Below are positions 50,488 through 64,000 of a stretch of 64,000 nucleotides of DNA, one piece after another. This DNA comes from Octopus bimaculoides. Its lineage: Eukaryota. Under the pieces are notes generated by a model that made no database searches, had not been told where the DNA came from, and was given only the letters and a program-made list of their open reading frames with translations. The number at the start of each line of letters is the position of its first letter. Position 1 is the stretch's first letter. A program made the translations under genes and the position numbers. Location: NCBI RefSeq assembly GCF_001194135.2, contig NC_068983.1:109566032-109630031 (forward strand), read 5' to 3'.

Positions 50488-53419
50488 TCTAGGTAGATAG
50501 CACTGCGAGATGGTCTAGGTGTATTCACACCATTTGTCAACAAGTGAGATATATTTTCTGTGACAAAACACTGAGTAGCTTGTTTCCCAGTTCGAACATG
50601 CCCCAAGCATATTTGGCCTGATAATAACATTGCAAGCTAACTCATAGTAACACTGGTCACTTCTTATTCATTTCTTCACTATATCCACCTCTCAACCCTG
50701 CTCAGTTTCCACTGTTGTCTCCAACTCTTTTCTATCTTCCTTACTTACCACTCCATCACATCTACTCTTCATTATATTTTCTCTTTCACTCATTCTTTAT
50801 CTCTAATGAGAGGTTCTTAGAACTTCTGCCTATCTGCACTCTGTCTTCCTGCCTCCACTCAATTGTATTCCTCTCATACCTCCAATATCCACCCTGACAC
50901 CACATCATGATAGTATCTCTTACCAGCTCAATCCAGGTCACACACACTACTTTTGTTGTAATATGAGTTGCGATGTAACTTCTCTACATCAAGAAACTTA
51001 TTCAGTTCTGGGCCCTTCTTTCATACCTCACAGCTCCTAGCATAAAGATGCTTCCTCTCTACTGTAGCCATACCCAGTGAAAGGGATCTTAGTCATACAA
51101 GCTGCACGGTATCCCCATTAGTGTTTGTCAATGCTGCAAAGTGGTTGGTATTAGGAAGAACATCCAACTGTAGAAACATGTCAAAACAGATACTGGATTA
51201 TAATGCAGTCCTCAAATCAAAAAGGATTGTATCAAACCCTCTTAACCATGAAAACATAGAAGAGGGACATTGAATGATGATGATGATGCTTAGCCATAGT
51301 AGTACCAAAAATCAATTGCTGGAATTCAATACACTTATACTTCACAATAATAAAAATGTACTCCAGTGTGGCATTATGAATTGCGGGACATTCTTTGCTC
51401 TGGACTCTTACATGCATATGTATGAGTGTGTGTGTGTGTGTGTGTGTCCTAATATGATGAATGAGCATTGTGTGTATCTGATTTTTGTTAATTTTTGTTC
51501 TGAATTATTGTAAGGAAAAATTCTGTTGAATGAAAACAATTTGGAAAAATTGTATTGAAAATTTTCCCAGCCATTTTATTTATATGTTAATAACAGCAGA
51601 CTGCAGCTGAATTCCTTGATAAGTTTTTGATCTATTAACCCAAAGATTTGCATTTTTTTCCCCAATAGTATCAATCTGCTGCACCCAGTTCCAGCATTTC
51701 TTTTGAAGAAAATATTCTCTCTCCCCAAAAGCACTTATTTTATGCTTCATCAATTTATGTGTTGCTAGGATTTTTTGAAGTGATATTTCTTTTAACAATA
51801 ACTGCTAAATGTCTGAAGTTTTCCACACTGACATAAAACAATTTTATTCACAATGAGATGGAGTATTGTTTTATTCTGTATGTAGCCAAAAAAATAACAG
51901 CTCAAATTAGATTCTATTATGCTGTAAATTATTTTATTTACCCCGCTAGAATTAATGACTGTAATGCATTCAAGCATAAACTTTTTTCTAAATCTGTCTA
52001 TTTAGAAATCTTATGATATTTAATATATACTTGTCAAAGATTTCCTAAAATATATATTTGCACATATATATTCATGAATTGAGAAGATATAATTACCAGC
52101 ATACTACAAGCTAAGGAAAGATGCTTTTCTTAAGCCTGATTATACTACATCAGCTCCTGCTCTTATGAACAAATAAGCTGCATAACTTTTCTATTTAAGC
52201 TTACTCAACCATCTCCCACCTAATTCATCATTCCTTTGTTTCACTCATCATAATATTTTTGCAGTCACCCTATCTTAGAGCTGTAGTTCCTTAGAATTTT
52301 TTAACCATCAACATTTGTTTACATGTGTAAACCCACAGAAGCTTTGATCTTAACAGTAACCACATCAATTTCCCAAGTCTGAGAGAGCTACACGTGTTTG
52401 AGTTGCAGAACTTCACTTATGTCTTATAAAAAATTATATCTAAATAAACTAAAGACTAAAGGTAACTATATTCTAAAAAATGGTTATTATAAATTTATTT
52501 TCAAAGTAAGAGAATGTGAGTGCAAGAAAGATAAGATTATTCATTCATTGAAAAAATTAAAAACTTGACAAATTTTCTTTAAATATAAACATACAAGATT
52601 TATATGAATGTATTAAAATTCTTTAAAAACTAAAAGAACTTTTGAAACAATCAAAAAAGAGTTTTACTTGGATACTGTGAGATGTTTGAGAGAGGCAATG
52701 TGAAGATAGAAGACTGAGTCATGGATAAACAAAACTTGAACGTTGCCCTTGTTCCCACAACAATGCAGCTGCTCATGTTCACTACTTATCCATACCTTTT
52801 TTAACAAAGCAAGAACTTACATTCATTCTCAGCCACTAAACCCCACAGATTTAGTTCATACAGAACTCTATGTTTTCAAAGTTGAAATCTACCCAGAATG
52901 CTAATCTCAGATGAGAAAAAATACAAAAGAAAATTTAAAATGAGAACTTTGCACTACCCATGAAAATGCATTTCAAGGTACATTCCAATATTGGAGAAAG
53001 CATTGGCTATGCTGTATCAGTGAAAACAATACTTTTTTAAGGCAATAAGTCTGAATAAACTGTAAGTCAAGCAACAAATTTGTCTTTTAAAAATTCAATT
53101 TTAGTTTAGATAGACCTCATATTTTTATGTAGACATCATTTGCTATAATTCAAAATATTTCATTTAATAGTTTGCAAATTATTTCTAAACTTTTCATAAA
53201 ATTGTAACACATTTAGGGAAAATGTTTTAATTTTCATGTAATATGAAACAGGATATTACTGTTTTTTTTTTGTTTTTCTTTTTGAGAAGCAACAATAGTG
53301 TGTACTTCCTAATCTGATCAATTTATAACTTTAATATGCAAAGATTAGCAAGTTTTCTTAACACTAACTAATGTATTTATTTTTTCAATTTATTTAAAAA
53401 AATAATAATGATAATTTTA

Positions 53420-54015
53420 AAAATTGATGGAATGGTATGTCAAGTTCACCAGCCCAGAATGTGCCTGGTATTTATTTAGTAAAGGTAAAGTTGATCCTGG
53501 CAAGATTTGAACCCACAACAGGAAGGAATGTAACTAAATAAGGCAAGATACAGTTCTCTTCAGATTTTGCCTTCCACCACCTTTTTTTGAGATGCAATAA
53601 CACAAAATGTTAAAATCAGCCTTCTAATTTTTATTATATGTCTTTTAATGGCTAGATACTTTCATAATACTTAAATACCTACCCTTTGAAAACAGCCAAT
53701 CATAAAAGCAGATTAAATTGAAATCACACTTCCTTCACTTAATACATTATACTTCAGCTAGTAAATATTACTTACATTACTTATATTACTTTAATATCAT
53801 GAAAGTATTTATAAATTAATCATTTTACTGTCACAGGTCTCAATATAAGAATACATCATTTGTTTATATTGTGTGATATACTTATTTTATTAACTGACAG
53901 GGATGAAAGATAAATTAATTCCCAGCAGGATATGAACTCAGAATGTAAAACAACAAAAGTAGATGCTGTAATTACTATAGCAAGGTGCTTCAATCTTTCA
54001 ACAAACTTGCTGTCC
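53420..54015 (-). mobile_element. Two degenerate fragments of another SINE family (~53420-53580 and ~53880-54015)
   Basis: Shared motif AAAG(G)TAAA..TGA..CC.GGCA.GAT.TGAAC.CA.AA, containing a reverse B-box-like sequence. Confidence 0.55.
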
Positions 54016-54554
54016 AGCCATTAGTTTATATTTAGTCATGATTTTAATGCAGCATCATTCATAAAACAAAGTACATCAAATTTAGAAGGCCATAATGAGT
54101 TGTTATTGCCTTTAAAAAGACTATAAAGAACTGTATATGTTGCAATTAGTCAGACTTGGTATTTTTCCTGGCCAAATGTTGGACTTTTATCAGTTCATTT
54201 ATATCTCAATACACTTTATTACAAAACTGCATAAATATTTAATACTATCTCTACATCTCTTATAAATATTTGTAAAATATAAGCACAGCTGGTTAGAATT
54301 AAGTATTTAATACAAAGGAAGAATTTTTCTAGTAAAATGTTTGCTCTTATAATTCATGCAAAAATGGGAAACTTTGAAGCCTTCCAACAAACTTCTGGAT
54401 AAATAAAAGTTTAACAAATAATCAAAATGATAATTTTAATAAATGCAGTTAGATTTGGAACTATTATTATCAGCTGTTTGAATAATTTGATAATATTTAT
54501 TTGTGTGATATTCACTCCTATATCCTGATAATCTATTTCTGTAGGCATTTAGAG

Positions 54555-56132
54555 AGGAAATTCCAGGTATGGAAGCTAAACCTAGAATCAAGAAGTCTTT
54601 ATGTAAAATTAGCAAAGATGAAAGTTTTAGAAAATAGAAGAGAAAACAGGACGCTGGTATCCTCAGAAAGAGGACCTCACTTGATATGCAGAAAAAAAAG
54701 AAGGTATAAACTCCATACACAATGTAAGTTATGAACACACAAGTGTATTAGAATCACAGCCAAACTAACAGAGAAAGTAAATTTCATTTGTGAAAAATGC
54801 ACTGAAGCAGTACACACTATGAGCACAATGGAAATAGCTTATCTTAAATGCCCAGATAATTAACTTGAAATAGTCAAAAGATTTTGTTACCTTAGAGAAA
54901 TAATTATTAGGAGGGGTAGATGCTGAGAAAGTATAGTAGTCAGAGCAAAAAAGGGTTGAAAACAGTTCAGGGAACTATTAAAGCTACTGGCAAAAATGTT
55001 TTGTTTTTTTTCCCCTCAGCATGAAGGACAGATTATATGATACTTGTATTGCAATTACCATAAATGTTGACAGGCAAGGGCCTTCAATGTAAGGGAATTG
55101 AGAAGTCTAATAAGAAATGAAGCTAACATACTCCATTGGATATGCAATGTAAGTGTGCATCAATGACATAATACAAATATACTGAGAGAAAAAAGTGGGT
55201 ATAAGATGAATCAGTTGTAGTGTGTAAGAAAGAAGACTGCACTTGTGATGCATATGGATGAGGACAACTTCATGTAGAAGAGCTGACCATTTAATGAGGG
55301 TGGAGCTTGCAGAAGAGGGAGAACAAAAATGACATGGGACAGAATGGTGAAGGCCCTTGAATCTCAGGGAAGAGATAACAAGAGATCAGGATGATTAATG
55401 GTGTGCGATTCTTGAGAAAACTCACCTAACTCAGCAAAACTAAATTCTGGAAGTGTTGTGTACGTATATATATATATGTGTGTGGGGGGGGGAAGAAAGT
55501 GAGAGCAGTGTGCATTCTCACACACCACCCCTAATCACTCTACAGCATCTGGCTGCCATCTATTAGCTCCTTGATCCACTCCTACTTCCTCTACTTTCCA
55601 CTCCAAAAGCTATTCGTGATTGACCTTACTACCACCCATGTTTATCATTTACTACATCTTTCACTATCTACCTGCCACTCACCTCTCATATTCCCATGAA
55701 CTTACCTATCCATAGCACTCCTCTTCATTCACCTTCATGTAACGTGAGGGTATGCCCTGACACATCTTCACCACTGTTCCACTCCTCTTTCAACTGAGAT
55801 AACCATGTATCTCTCCAACAAAAAGACACTTGTTCTTGTAACCCATCATACTTTAACATCTCATCACCTGGCATAAAAGCACCTCCTCCAATACGAATCT
55901 CCCACCTCAGTCGAGAATTCATGTCTTGTGAGTTACTGGGTGGCCTCACTAGTGATGGCGCCACATAAAAAGTACCAAGTGCACTCTGTAAAGTGGTTGG
56001 CATTTGGAAGGGCAGCCAGCCATAGAAACCATACCAAAGCAAACACTGAAGCTTGACTCAGTTTTCTGGTTCATCAGCCCGTTGACTCATCTGACCCATC
56101 CCAGCATTGAAAACATAGGCTAAATGATGATA
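54555..56132 (+). mobile_element. RTE LINE 3' portion (RT end with Cys-rich insert, C-terminus, 3' UTR, tail)
   Basis: KFQVWKLNLESRSLYVKLAKMKV, QCKL*THKC...FICEKC, FCYL; tail ending AAATGATGAT. Confidence 0.85.
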
Positions 56133-56139
56133 AGGAGGA

Positions 56140-57121
56140 GGCCGCTATATGCTGGGACTATTGAACAATTACCTTGCCAAGACCCTCACCACCCTTCCAT
56201 TTCATTAATTGAGGTTTTCCTTTCATACCATGAACCATTTCACTTGATATCAATACCTCATCCTTAGTACTGTCCCCTACATGCACATTTTACATTGCTC
56301 CTCACCCCAGAGACACCATATCGTCTCACCTTCTCAATAATCTTATGTCTCTTACACTCCCCATGCACTACATGTCTCTCTTCCCACATATTCTTGTACC
56401 TACCTAATGATTTGTCCTCTTTCTTTCTCTTTCACCTTTCCAACATCTAAACTATCATCATTACATTTCTGCTACCCATCATCACTGTTTATTCCCACCC
56501 CTTGTCCACGATTCACAACATCTACCCCAAAACCACACCCAGTCTATACAGTTCTCACCTACTCTTCCCTTCAATCCCTAATTATTGACTCAACACTTGT
56601 TCTTCATTATATTCAACACTTGTTCTTCATTATATTCAACACTTCATACATTCTCCTTCTCTCACTCAGTCATAACTCTTGCAGCCTCTACCCACCCTCA
56701 CTCCTAGTTCGCCTCCATTCACTTCACTTCACTTACCTCATACCTTGAGAGTTTGTATAGACACCTCAACATGCCTTTTTTAATCTCTTTCCTAGTCCAC
56801 GAGACTCATCCCCCACCAACTCTTCAAAAATTGAAGTAGCTATTCCTCTATAGTTCCTAATCTCATACTTTAACCCTTCATCTTCTCTCATAAAACCAGC
56901 TCTCTTGGGGTTCGTAGCAGTATGGTGATCTTATTAATGCTAGTGACATGACAAAATGACCCAGTGCATGCTGTAAAGTGGTTGGTATTAGCAAGGGCAT
57001 CCGGCCTTAGAAACAATGCCAAACAGTGCTAGTGAGTGATGCAGTCCATAGACCCAATAGATCTAACGAGACCAACCTTGCCAGCATGAAACAAGTGATG
57101 ATGATGATGATGATGATGATG
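56140..57121 (+). mobile_element. Adjacent RTE-type 3' UTR and tail with a (GAT)n end; contains a 23-bp tandem duplication at 56590-56644
   Basis: Tail GTAAAGTGGTTGGTATTAGCAAGGGCATCCGGCC...CAGCATGAAAC(GAT)n. Confidence 0.75.
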
Positions 57122-57735
57122 GTGTGGATGTAAATATATTATTTCAATTTTTTATAAGTGAATTGGTTTTTTTTCAAAGAAACAAAGAATCATTCATTCC
57201 CAATAGTACCATTTCTTGCTACCAATGTTATTAGGAAAGTCGAAATCCAATTTCTTTAGCCATATATAATTTTCTGTATAAAAATAATTATTTTATAGCT
57301 GCCCCTGGGACAAGTGAACATAGTAACTAATAAATAACATTAATAAATAAAAAGGATAGCAGTTTTAAAATGACTCATTACTTTAAAAGGATATCTGAAA
57401 AAATACAGTGAAAATATTTTTCAAGAAACATTAAACAGTATTTCAAATAACACCACATAATTTGTAATTAAATTTCAAAACAAACACTACTTGAATATAT
57501 AATTTTAAGTTTGTTAAATAGAAAAGGTTATTTTGATTGTTTATTTTGTCAATTATATTTTTGCAAAGTGGGTCATTTGAGAAGATATTTAGTCTGTTTT
57601 AGAATGCATATTCAAATCGTGACCTCCTTGGGAGTTGCAGGAGATGCATTACTCTCTTTCTCTCTCTCTCTTCTATTGAGATCAATAAGATAAAAACTCT
57701 GTTTCCTAAATCAAAAGAAAACATTGCTAATGTTT

Positions 57736-57810
<75 letters not shown>

Positions 57811-57835
57811 CATATATATACATACATATCACACA

Positions 57836-58165
57836 CAGGCATGGCTGTGTGGTAAGAAGCTTGCCTCCCAACCAAATGGTTCTGGGTTCAGTCCCACTGC
57901 ATGGCACCTTGGAAAAATGTCTTCTACTATAGCCTCAGGCTGATCAAAGCCTTGTGAGTGGACTTGGTAAACAGAAACTTCATGTATGCATGTGCATATA
58001 TATATGTGTGTGTGTGTGTGTGTGCGTGTGTGCCCAGGTGTAGCTTTGTAGTTAAGAAGTTTGCTTCACAGCCAGATGGTTTTGCACTCAATCCTTTAGT
58101 GTGGCACCTTCAGCAGAAGCAGCCTTGTATGTAGATTTAGTGGATGGAAATTGAAAGAAATTTGT

Positions 58166-58199
<34 letters not shown>

Positions 58200-58340
58200 C
58201 GTGGTGGATATCTGTGTGTAGGCGTTTGTCTTCTTGTTTTGATATTGTATAGTTGTTGTGAATGAGCATCACTGCCATACAAGCAGTGTTCTTTCATTTA
58301 CAAACTTCTGTGAAAACATGTCTGGCATGGAGAAATATAT
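57836..58340 (+). mobile_element. Two consecutive family A-like SINE heads (57836-57985; 58035-58340)
   Basis: Both begin with the GGCTGTGTGGTAAGAAG-type head. The second continues into the body also seen at 34130-34230 (minus). Confidence 0.8.
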
Positions 58341-58864
58341 ACACGTGTGTGTTTAAACATGAATTGCTTAAATGAAAGCAACAAGAACATTACGAATTGT
58401 CTGAATGTTTAGTATCCTGATCATTCTGCCATTAAATTTATGAGCTTTGAACACTAAATTTATTCAGACTTGCTGTTCAGTATATGAAACATTAATGGCA
58501 CAGATAGAAATATTAAAGCAGAAACTGAGCACAATAAAAACACTGTTTAACCAACTGCTAGCATTACTACTTCTCTTACTTATACTACTCTTGTTAATAC
58601 TACAAGCATATTCTGCTTCCAATTATCCAATAGCAGATATACTGATATTAAAGACTCTAAAACTTATTTATATTTGTCTCTGAAAGTGTAAAAATTATTT
58701 TAGTAGATTGCATATTTTTACACGAGGTATTATATTTTCTGAATAATTTAATTTTTCAAACACACACTGTTCAGCGACAAACGTTCATTCGTGTATAAAT
58801 ATTTGTAAAGTATTTAATCATACTATGAAATTAGACCCCTTGGGTAGATCAGTCATTTTGTCAG

Positions 58865-59017
58865 CTTGAAATGAAGATTGAGCTGACCAGTTTTGTTGTC
58901 ATTACTGCTTATCAGGATTATCTTAACCTTCCTTTCCAAACTGCAAGAATTAATAACAGAAAACAACCCATTAAAATACAAACAAAATTGTGTTGGGCAC
59001 AATTCATTTATATTCAG
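58865..59017 (+). CDS. Candidate exon (LEMKIELTSFVVITAYQDYLNLPFQTARINNRKQPIKIQTKLCWAQFIYIQ)
   Basis: Acceptor CATTTTGTCAG, donor CAG|GTACAA, 51 open codons, phase 0 to 0. A very strong minus-strand acceptor lies inside it at ~58941, so the strand is ambiguous. Confidence 0.2.
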
Positions 59018-59594
59018 GTACAAAACTAATGACCCACCATATATCACTAACATACCAATACAGTATGACTCATGAATATCTATGTATATGAAGTTATATA
59101 CATATGCATTTAGTCTTACTGTGAAATTAAATCCTGTGGTTGAACAATAATATTTGTCAGATAGTTTAAAATGCAGATCTGACCAATACTTTTTCTATCC
59201 TTGTGGTTCATCATTATTTGCTACCTATTTCTCCCAAGCTTCTGAAAGTTGGAGATGCTCATTAACATATAAAAAAAATTTTGTAATTTGAGTTAGGGTT
59301 AGTACTTCCATGGAAAGAGCAAAACATATCTGGAGTTGTTTCCCATATCTATTGAAGTAAACATAATGTAGAGTCAACTAATAATTCCTTTCTTTTCCTA
59401 ATATCTAAGCATTAAATACGCTTTCTCATACTTAGCAAATTGATTTAATCTATCATTTGGTTACACACACAAAAAGTGCTGTGGAATAACTGGAAGATTA
59501 ACAGAGAAAGTAGAATTTGTGGAAAATGTATGGTAGTAATCAACACTAAGAACACATGGTAAATGAATTTTCTCAAATACTCAGATGGATTCTT

Positions 59595-61188
59595 GGAGGT
59601 TATAGATAGTTTCTGTTACTAAGGTAACCTAATTAGTAGTGAAAGAAGATGTTCTGAAAGTAAAGTTAGGAGAATATGAACTGGCTGGAGAAAGTTCAGT
59701 GAGTTACTACCTTTGTTGATAACAAAAGTTCTCTCTCTCAGAGTGAAAAGCAGATTGTATAATGTTTGTGTACAAGCAGTAATGCAGCATGGTAGTGAAA
59801 TATGGGCCAAGAATGCAGAGAACATGAGAAAGACTAGAAAGAAATGAAACCAGCATGCTGGATGTGCATCCTCAGTACAAATATGATGAAAAGAAGATTG
59901 GGTATAGGAGACATCGTGTGAAAGAGAAAAGACTGCACCAGTATGGTCATGTAATGTGTATGGAGGAAGACGCCTGCATAAAGACATGCCAATCACTAAA
60001 TGTGAGTGGAACTTATGAAAAAGGGAAATACAGGATGACATGATATTAATTTCAGGTTGCTGAGCATCATAGAGGAGTTGGCAAAGGACTGAGATGATTG
60101 GTGATTTATCATGTTTGAGAAGACCTGCCTATCTCAATGAAAAATAAGGCCCTAAAAGCACATCATTAATGTCTATGCCACTTCATCCAATCTGTACCTG
60201 TCTAGTCTTCCCAGCAACTCTTCTCTGTGACCTTCTCTAACCATGGTCTTATTTTGTAGCTGCTGTAATTATATGAAAGCAGCACTGAACAAATTCCCTC
60301 CTGTAATCTCTCTGTTCCGGTCTGTACCTATCCTTCACCCCAACTTCATCTCTTTTTACCATATTTACCTCTTTCCCATGAACACTCTCTCATATCTGCC
60401 ACTGATGCCCTGTTTTGTAACTCACTACATCCCATCTGATGTAAGTTTAACCTTTGTCAATGTGCATCTTCTCTCCCCCACTTCATTTCATCTCCCTATT
60501 TTTCATATATCTTTTCATTATACTGTGCTTGTTCTCCTGGCCCTACATTTTTCTAATGAATTACCTCATGTTACCTCTTTCACCATGACCCACTCCTATT
60601 TTCCTTACATTCCCCCAGACTGAGACTCGCTAATGCCCATGCTTCTGTTCACTTTCAACATTCACTACTTTCACTTCTGATCCCATCTCTACAATGTCAC
60701 TCTTCTTTCACACTCCTGCAAACCTACCTATCCAACCAGCCATCCTCACGTTTTTGCTTTTTTTCTCTCTTTATCCACTGTCTTATACTTTGAGGCTATA
60801 CCCTGATACCTCATTTCCACCATCGTTTCTCCATTTCTTACCAGAGTGACCATATATATTTTCTACAGCAAGACATCCATCCCTGTCCCCCTTTCATAGT
60901 TAGCTTCTCAGTACCTGGTACAAATCCACCTCCTTCAATACTGTACCTCACTCAGTCAAAGGGTCATGTCTTACAAGTTACATGGTGACCTCACTCACAC
61001 TGTTACTATGATAAAAGATTTCAGTGCACTCTGTAAAATGGTAGACATTAAAAAGGGCATCCAGCTTTAGAAATCTTGCCAAAGCAAACATTGAAAACTT
61101 AAGCAGCCCTCGGGCTAGTTGGATCCTGTTGAATCAGCCACTCCATGCTTGCATAGAATATGGATGTTAAATGAGACCATGATGATGA
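59595..61188 (+). mobile_element. RTE LINE 3' portion with long G-poor UTR and tail
   Basis: LEVIDSFCY*G...GWRKFSELLPLL...LRVKSRLYNVCVQAVMQHGSEIW, then RLHQYGHVMCMEED; tail at 61020-61188. Confidence 0.9.
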
Positions 61189-63119
61189 CCTGAAACTTTT
61201 GACCCCTTTAACAGCTTCCACTTGGTTGCAATCATTCAGACTATATCTCTAGTTTGAGGATACTTTCCTACCTTTTCCCACTAGTTTCAGAGGTCCTGTG
61301 ATATATCATGAGTACTACCTTTCCTCATGACTTAATCATAGAAAAAAATTGCCATTCAGACGACACAAAATTATTTCATTTTACATAAATTGACTTCCAC
61401 CTCATGAATAGATATATCTCTCTTTGTTTTCTTCATGATTCAATTGCTATTTCTTCAGCCAGATAAAAAGCAAGTGAAAGAGTAGGTAAAGCAGAACATT
61501 TGTGAAGTCATCTCCTTTCTTTATAGAGATAAAATAATATCAATTAGCAACAGTTTAATTTTTTTGCAGCTTATGTATCTTACTTCTACTTTCATGTATT
61601 TATTTATTTATTTTAAACTAGTTTCATTTAATTTTTCTTTTTGACCAGTTTCATTTCTTAGCTAATTTTGTGATATAGAACATACTGATTTTCACAAATT
61701 CCAGCATGAAAAATAAAAAGAATGCTTGCAGATAATTATATTTGTTTTGCTGTTCTCAAATTTTTTATGTAACATTAGTTCTACTGCGTAGTAACTGATA
61801 AAATTACAAAAGGTTTTTCAAGCATTATATAGAATTTTAATATGAAAGATTCAGTTATAATTTTCTGAAAAAATGTCATTTCAATATATTTACAATTCTA
61901 ATTCATTCAATTGTAAAACTGATATTTTTGAATATGTCTATTTTTTAATGATAAATTGAAATTATTTCAAGAATTTATATTTACTGCTTATGGAGTTTTT
62001 GTGTTAAAAACATATTTCTTTATATAGATAAAGAAAAATGCAAGCACAATTTACATATATTTTTCTGGGTCATTCAGCAAAATACTTAATTTCAATAAAA
62101 ATATTTAAAAAAAAAAATGAAAACTACTTATCAAAAACAATTATATATTCACACATGTAAATATGTACAATAAAAAATCTAAAAGAACAGAATTAATGTG
62201 CAAGCTATTCTAAAATTAAATTTGAAACAATCATTAACATCTGTGTAATAAAAACATTGAATAACACTGAAGACATTTCATAATGAACATCATTTTTAAT
62301 TACCATGTAATGCTATATTAGTTCCACAAATTTGTTTTGTCACATGAACACATTTTATTTAGTTGTTTTGCCATCTTTCTCATAATTACAACTAGTCGAA
62401 TTAATACATCAGCCTTTTGCATGTGCTCATTAGTAGTGTGTTGCTTTATTTACAATAGCTAAATTTAACTAATTATAAATATTTACTAGTTAGACTGGTG
62501 GGTAACAATTAACTATTCTAAGATCAGTATACTAGACAGCAGCCAAAATTATGGTGTCCAATAAAGGAGCATTTTTGACATGAGACAATATTCCATTGCA
62601 TTAAAAAATGCTTGCTAAAACTTTCTTGATGAACAGCTCCCATGGTATATTTGCTCTTGAGAAGTTTTAAATATAAATTCCAATCAAACTGAAACTATTC
62701 TATCACATCAACTGAAACTGCAAAATTGCTGTGACAAGCAGAACAGCAACTATATTTACAATACTAAGCTTGCCTTTTTCTAATGCTAGTTGTTGTTCCA
62801 GTTTATCCTGCAAAGTCAGCTCAGAGCCAACATATATTCGTTGATGTTTTAGAAGTGACCATCTTCTGTTTGCATGTCTGAGTGTGTGCATACATGCGCA
62901 TGTATGTGTGAAAGTGAGTTATTGGTCAATTTGCCACTAGTCAATTTGTAACAAGTCAATTCATTGTCAACAGCCAATTCAGAAGGGCACCATGTTATTT
63001 CATTCTAATTTTTCAGTACAAACAGAGCACATAAAAAAAAGTAATCATTTCTTAATAATTACAACAAAAACAGCAGTTGAATCATTATTGAAAATTGTTC
63101 CCAGTATATTTTGAGCAGA

Positions 63120-63505
63120 AGTGGAGGTGCAATGGCTCAGTGGTTAGGGCAGCGGACTCCTGGTCATAGAATCGCGGTTTCGATTCCCAGACTGGGCGTT
63201 GTGAGTGTTTATTGAGCGAAAACAGCTAAAGCTCCACGAGGCTCTGGCAGGGGATGGTGGCGAACCCTGCTGTACTCTTCCACCACAACTTTCTCTCACT
63301 CTTACTTCCTGTTTCTGTTGTGCCTGTAATTCAAAGGGTCAGCCTTGTCACACTGTGTCACGCTGAATATCCCCGAGAACTACGTTAAGGGTACACATGT
63401 CTGTGGAGTGCTCAGCCACTTGCACGTTAATTTCACGAGCAGGCTGATCGGATCAACTGGAACCCTCAACGTCATAAACGACAGAGTGCCAAACAACAAC
63501 AACAA
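63120..63505 (+). mobile_element. Full-length SINE family B with a 12-bp TSD
   Basis: A box TGGCTCAGTGG, B-box-like GTTTCGATTCC, (AAC)n tail. ATTTTGAGCAGA at 63108-63119 and 63506-63517. Confidence 0.97.
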
Positions 63506-64000
63506 ATTTTGAGCAGATTTTTAAAAGATCATTTAATTCTATTATAAAGAATATTTTGAACACAACTGATTCAAACAAGAGCTAAACTATAAGAAACCAC
63601 ACACACACAAAAAAAGATATACAATGAAATCAACAAGTGCAATTGATATGTAATACACATTACAATTTTGAACAAAATACTAATCTCTTGAAAGAAATTT
63701 ACTTATAATCTCAAGTTTTATTTATCTAAATTTTATAATTAACTTTAGATTTTATTGTCATTTCTTTTATAATCTTGATACATTTTAAGTTATTCATTCT
63801 AAATAGATGAATTTTACTAATTTTTTTTAGAAATTAGATATAGATACAAATACTTTATATAAAAACCACCTCTGTGATGTACATGTTATTTTTCATATGT
63901 TTCTTTGTTTCTTTGTATTCAATAAAATAATGAAGCTGAAGAGAATAGAAATTTTATGAAAGTATGTGGTCCTAATACTTTCACAATTTTTTGTTCTACT

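Larger units (their letters stand above)
49750..51288 (+). mobile_element. RTE-type G-poor 3' UTR and tail, hosting the hammerhead repeat
   Basis: C/T-rich flanks, and tail GCAAAGTGGTTGGTATTAGGAAGAACATCCAACTGTAGAAAC...(TGA)n at 51135-51288. Confidence 0.7.

Noticed and set aside
51580-51798. 72-aa minus ORF (also 62703-62891, 18200-18487 and 9524-9667) as real exons
   Set aside because: Equally plausible frames and splice sites exist on the opposite strand, donors are weak, and no motif was recognised.
58865-59017. T-box domain (VITAYQ vs AVTAYQN)
   Set aside because: Similarity does not extend to the NPFAKGFR region.
63120-63200. tRNA gene (also at 19250-19324 and the family A heads)
   Set aside because: A and B boxes are present, but there is no proper acceptor stem or terminator, and the sequence runs into a SINE body with a TSD.

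Overview
This is AT-rich, CpG-poor animal genomic DNA with four N gaps. The SINE and non-LTR 3' tail families look like those I recall from Octopus (recalled, not database-checked). Most of the window is decayed mobile DNA. It holds about 10 RTE-type LINE remnants, several tRNA-headed SINEs (two with clean target-site duplications), a complete but dead maT/DD37D-type transposon, Tigger-like and pogo-like transposase remnants, a Helentron-associated (HINE/DINE-1-like) element, a Copia-like pol remnant and many microsatellites. No long intact ORF exists. I can only propose splice-bounded candidate exons, on both strands, and I cannot name a host gene; the best case is a minus-strand exon at 4614-4789 next to a CpG/ETS/YY1 promoter-like patch at ~4960-5145. 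The most interesting signal is at 50088-50648: head-to-tail copies of a ~218-nt unit. Copy 1 carries a nearly intact minimal type I hammerhead ribozyme (CTGATGA-stem II-GAAA-palindromic stem III-ATC, closed by stem I) and copy 2 a more degenerate one, which suggests a retrozyme or Penelope-like relic. Also notable are an 88-bp-arm foldback insertion with a 13-bp TSD, a post-decay inverted duplication of an RTE segment, and a hairpin-rich 62-bp array inside an RTE 3' tail.
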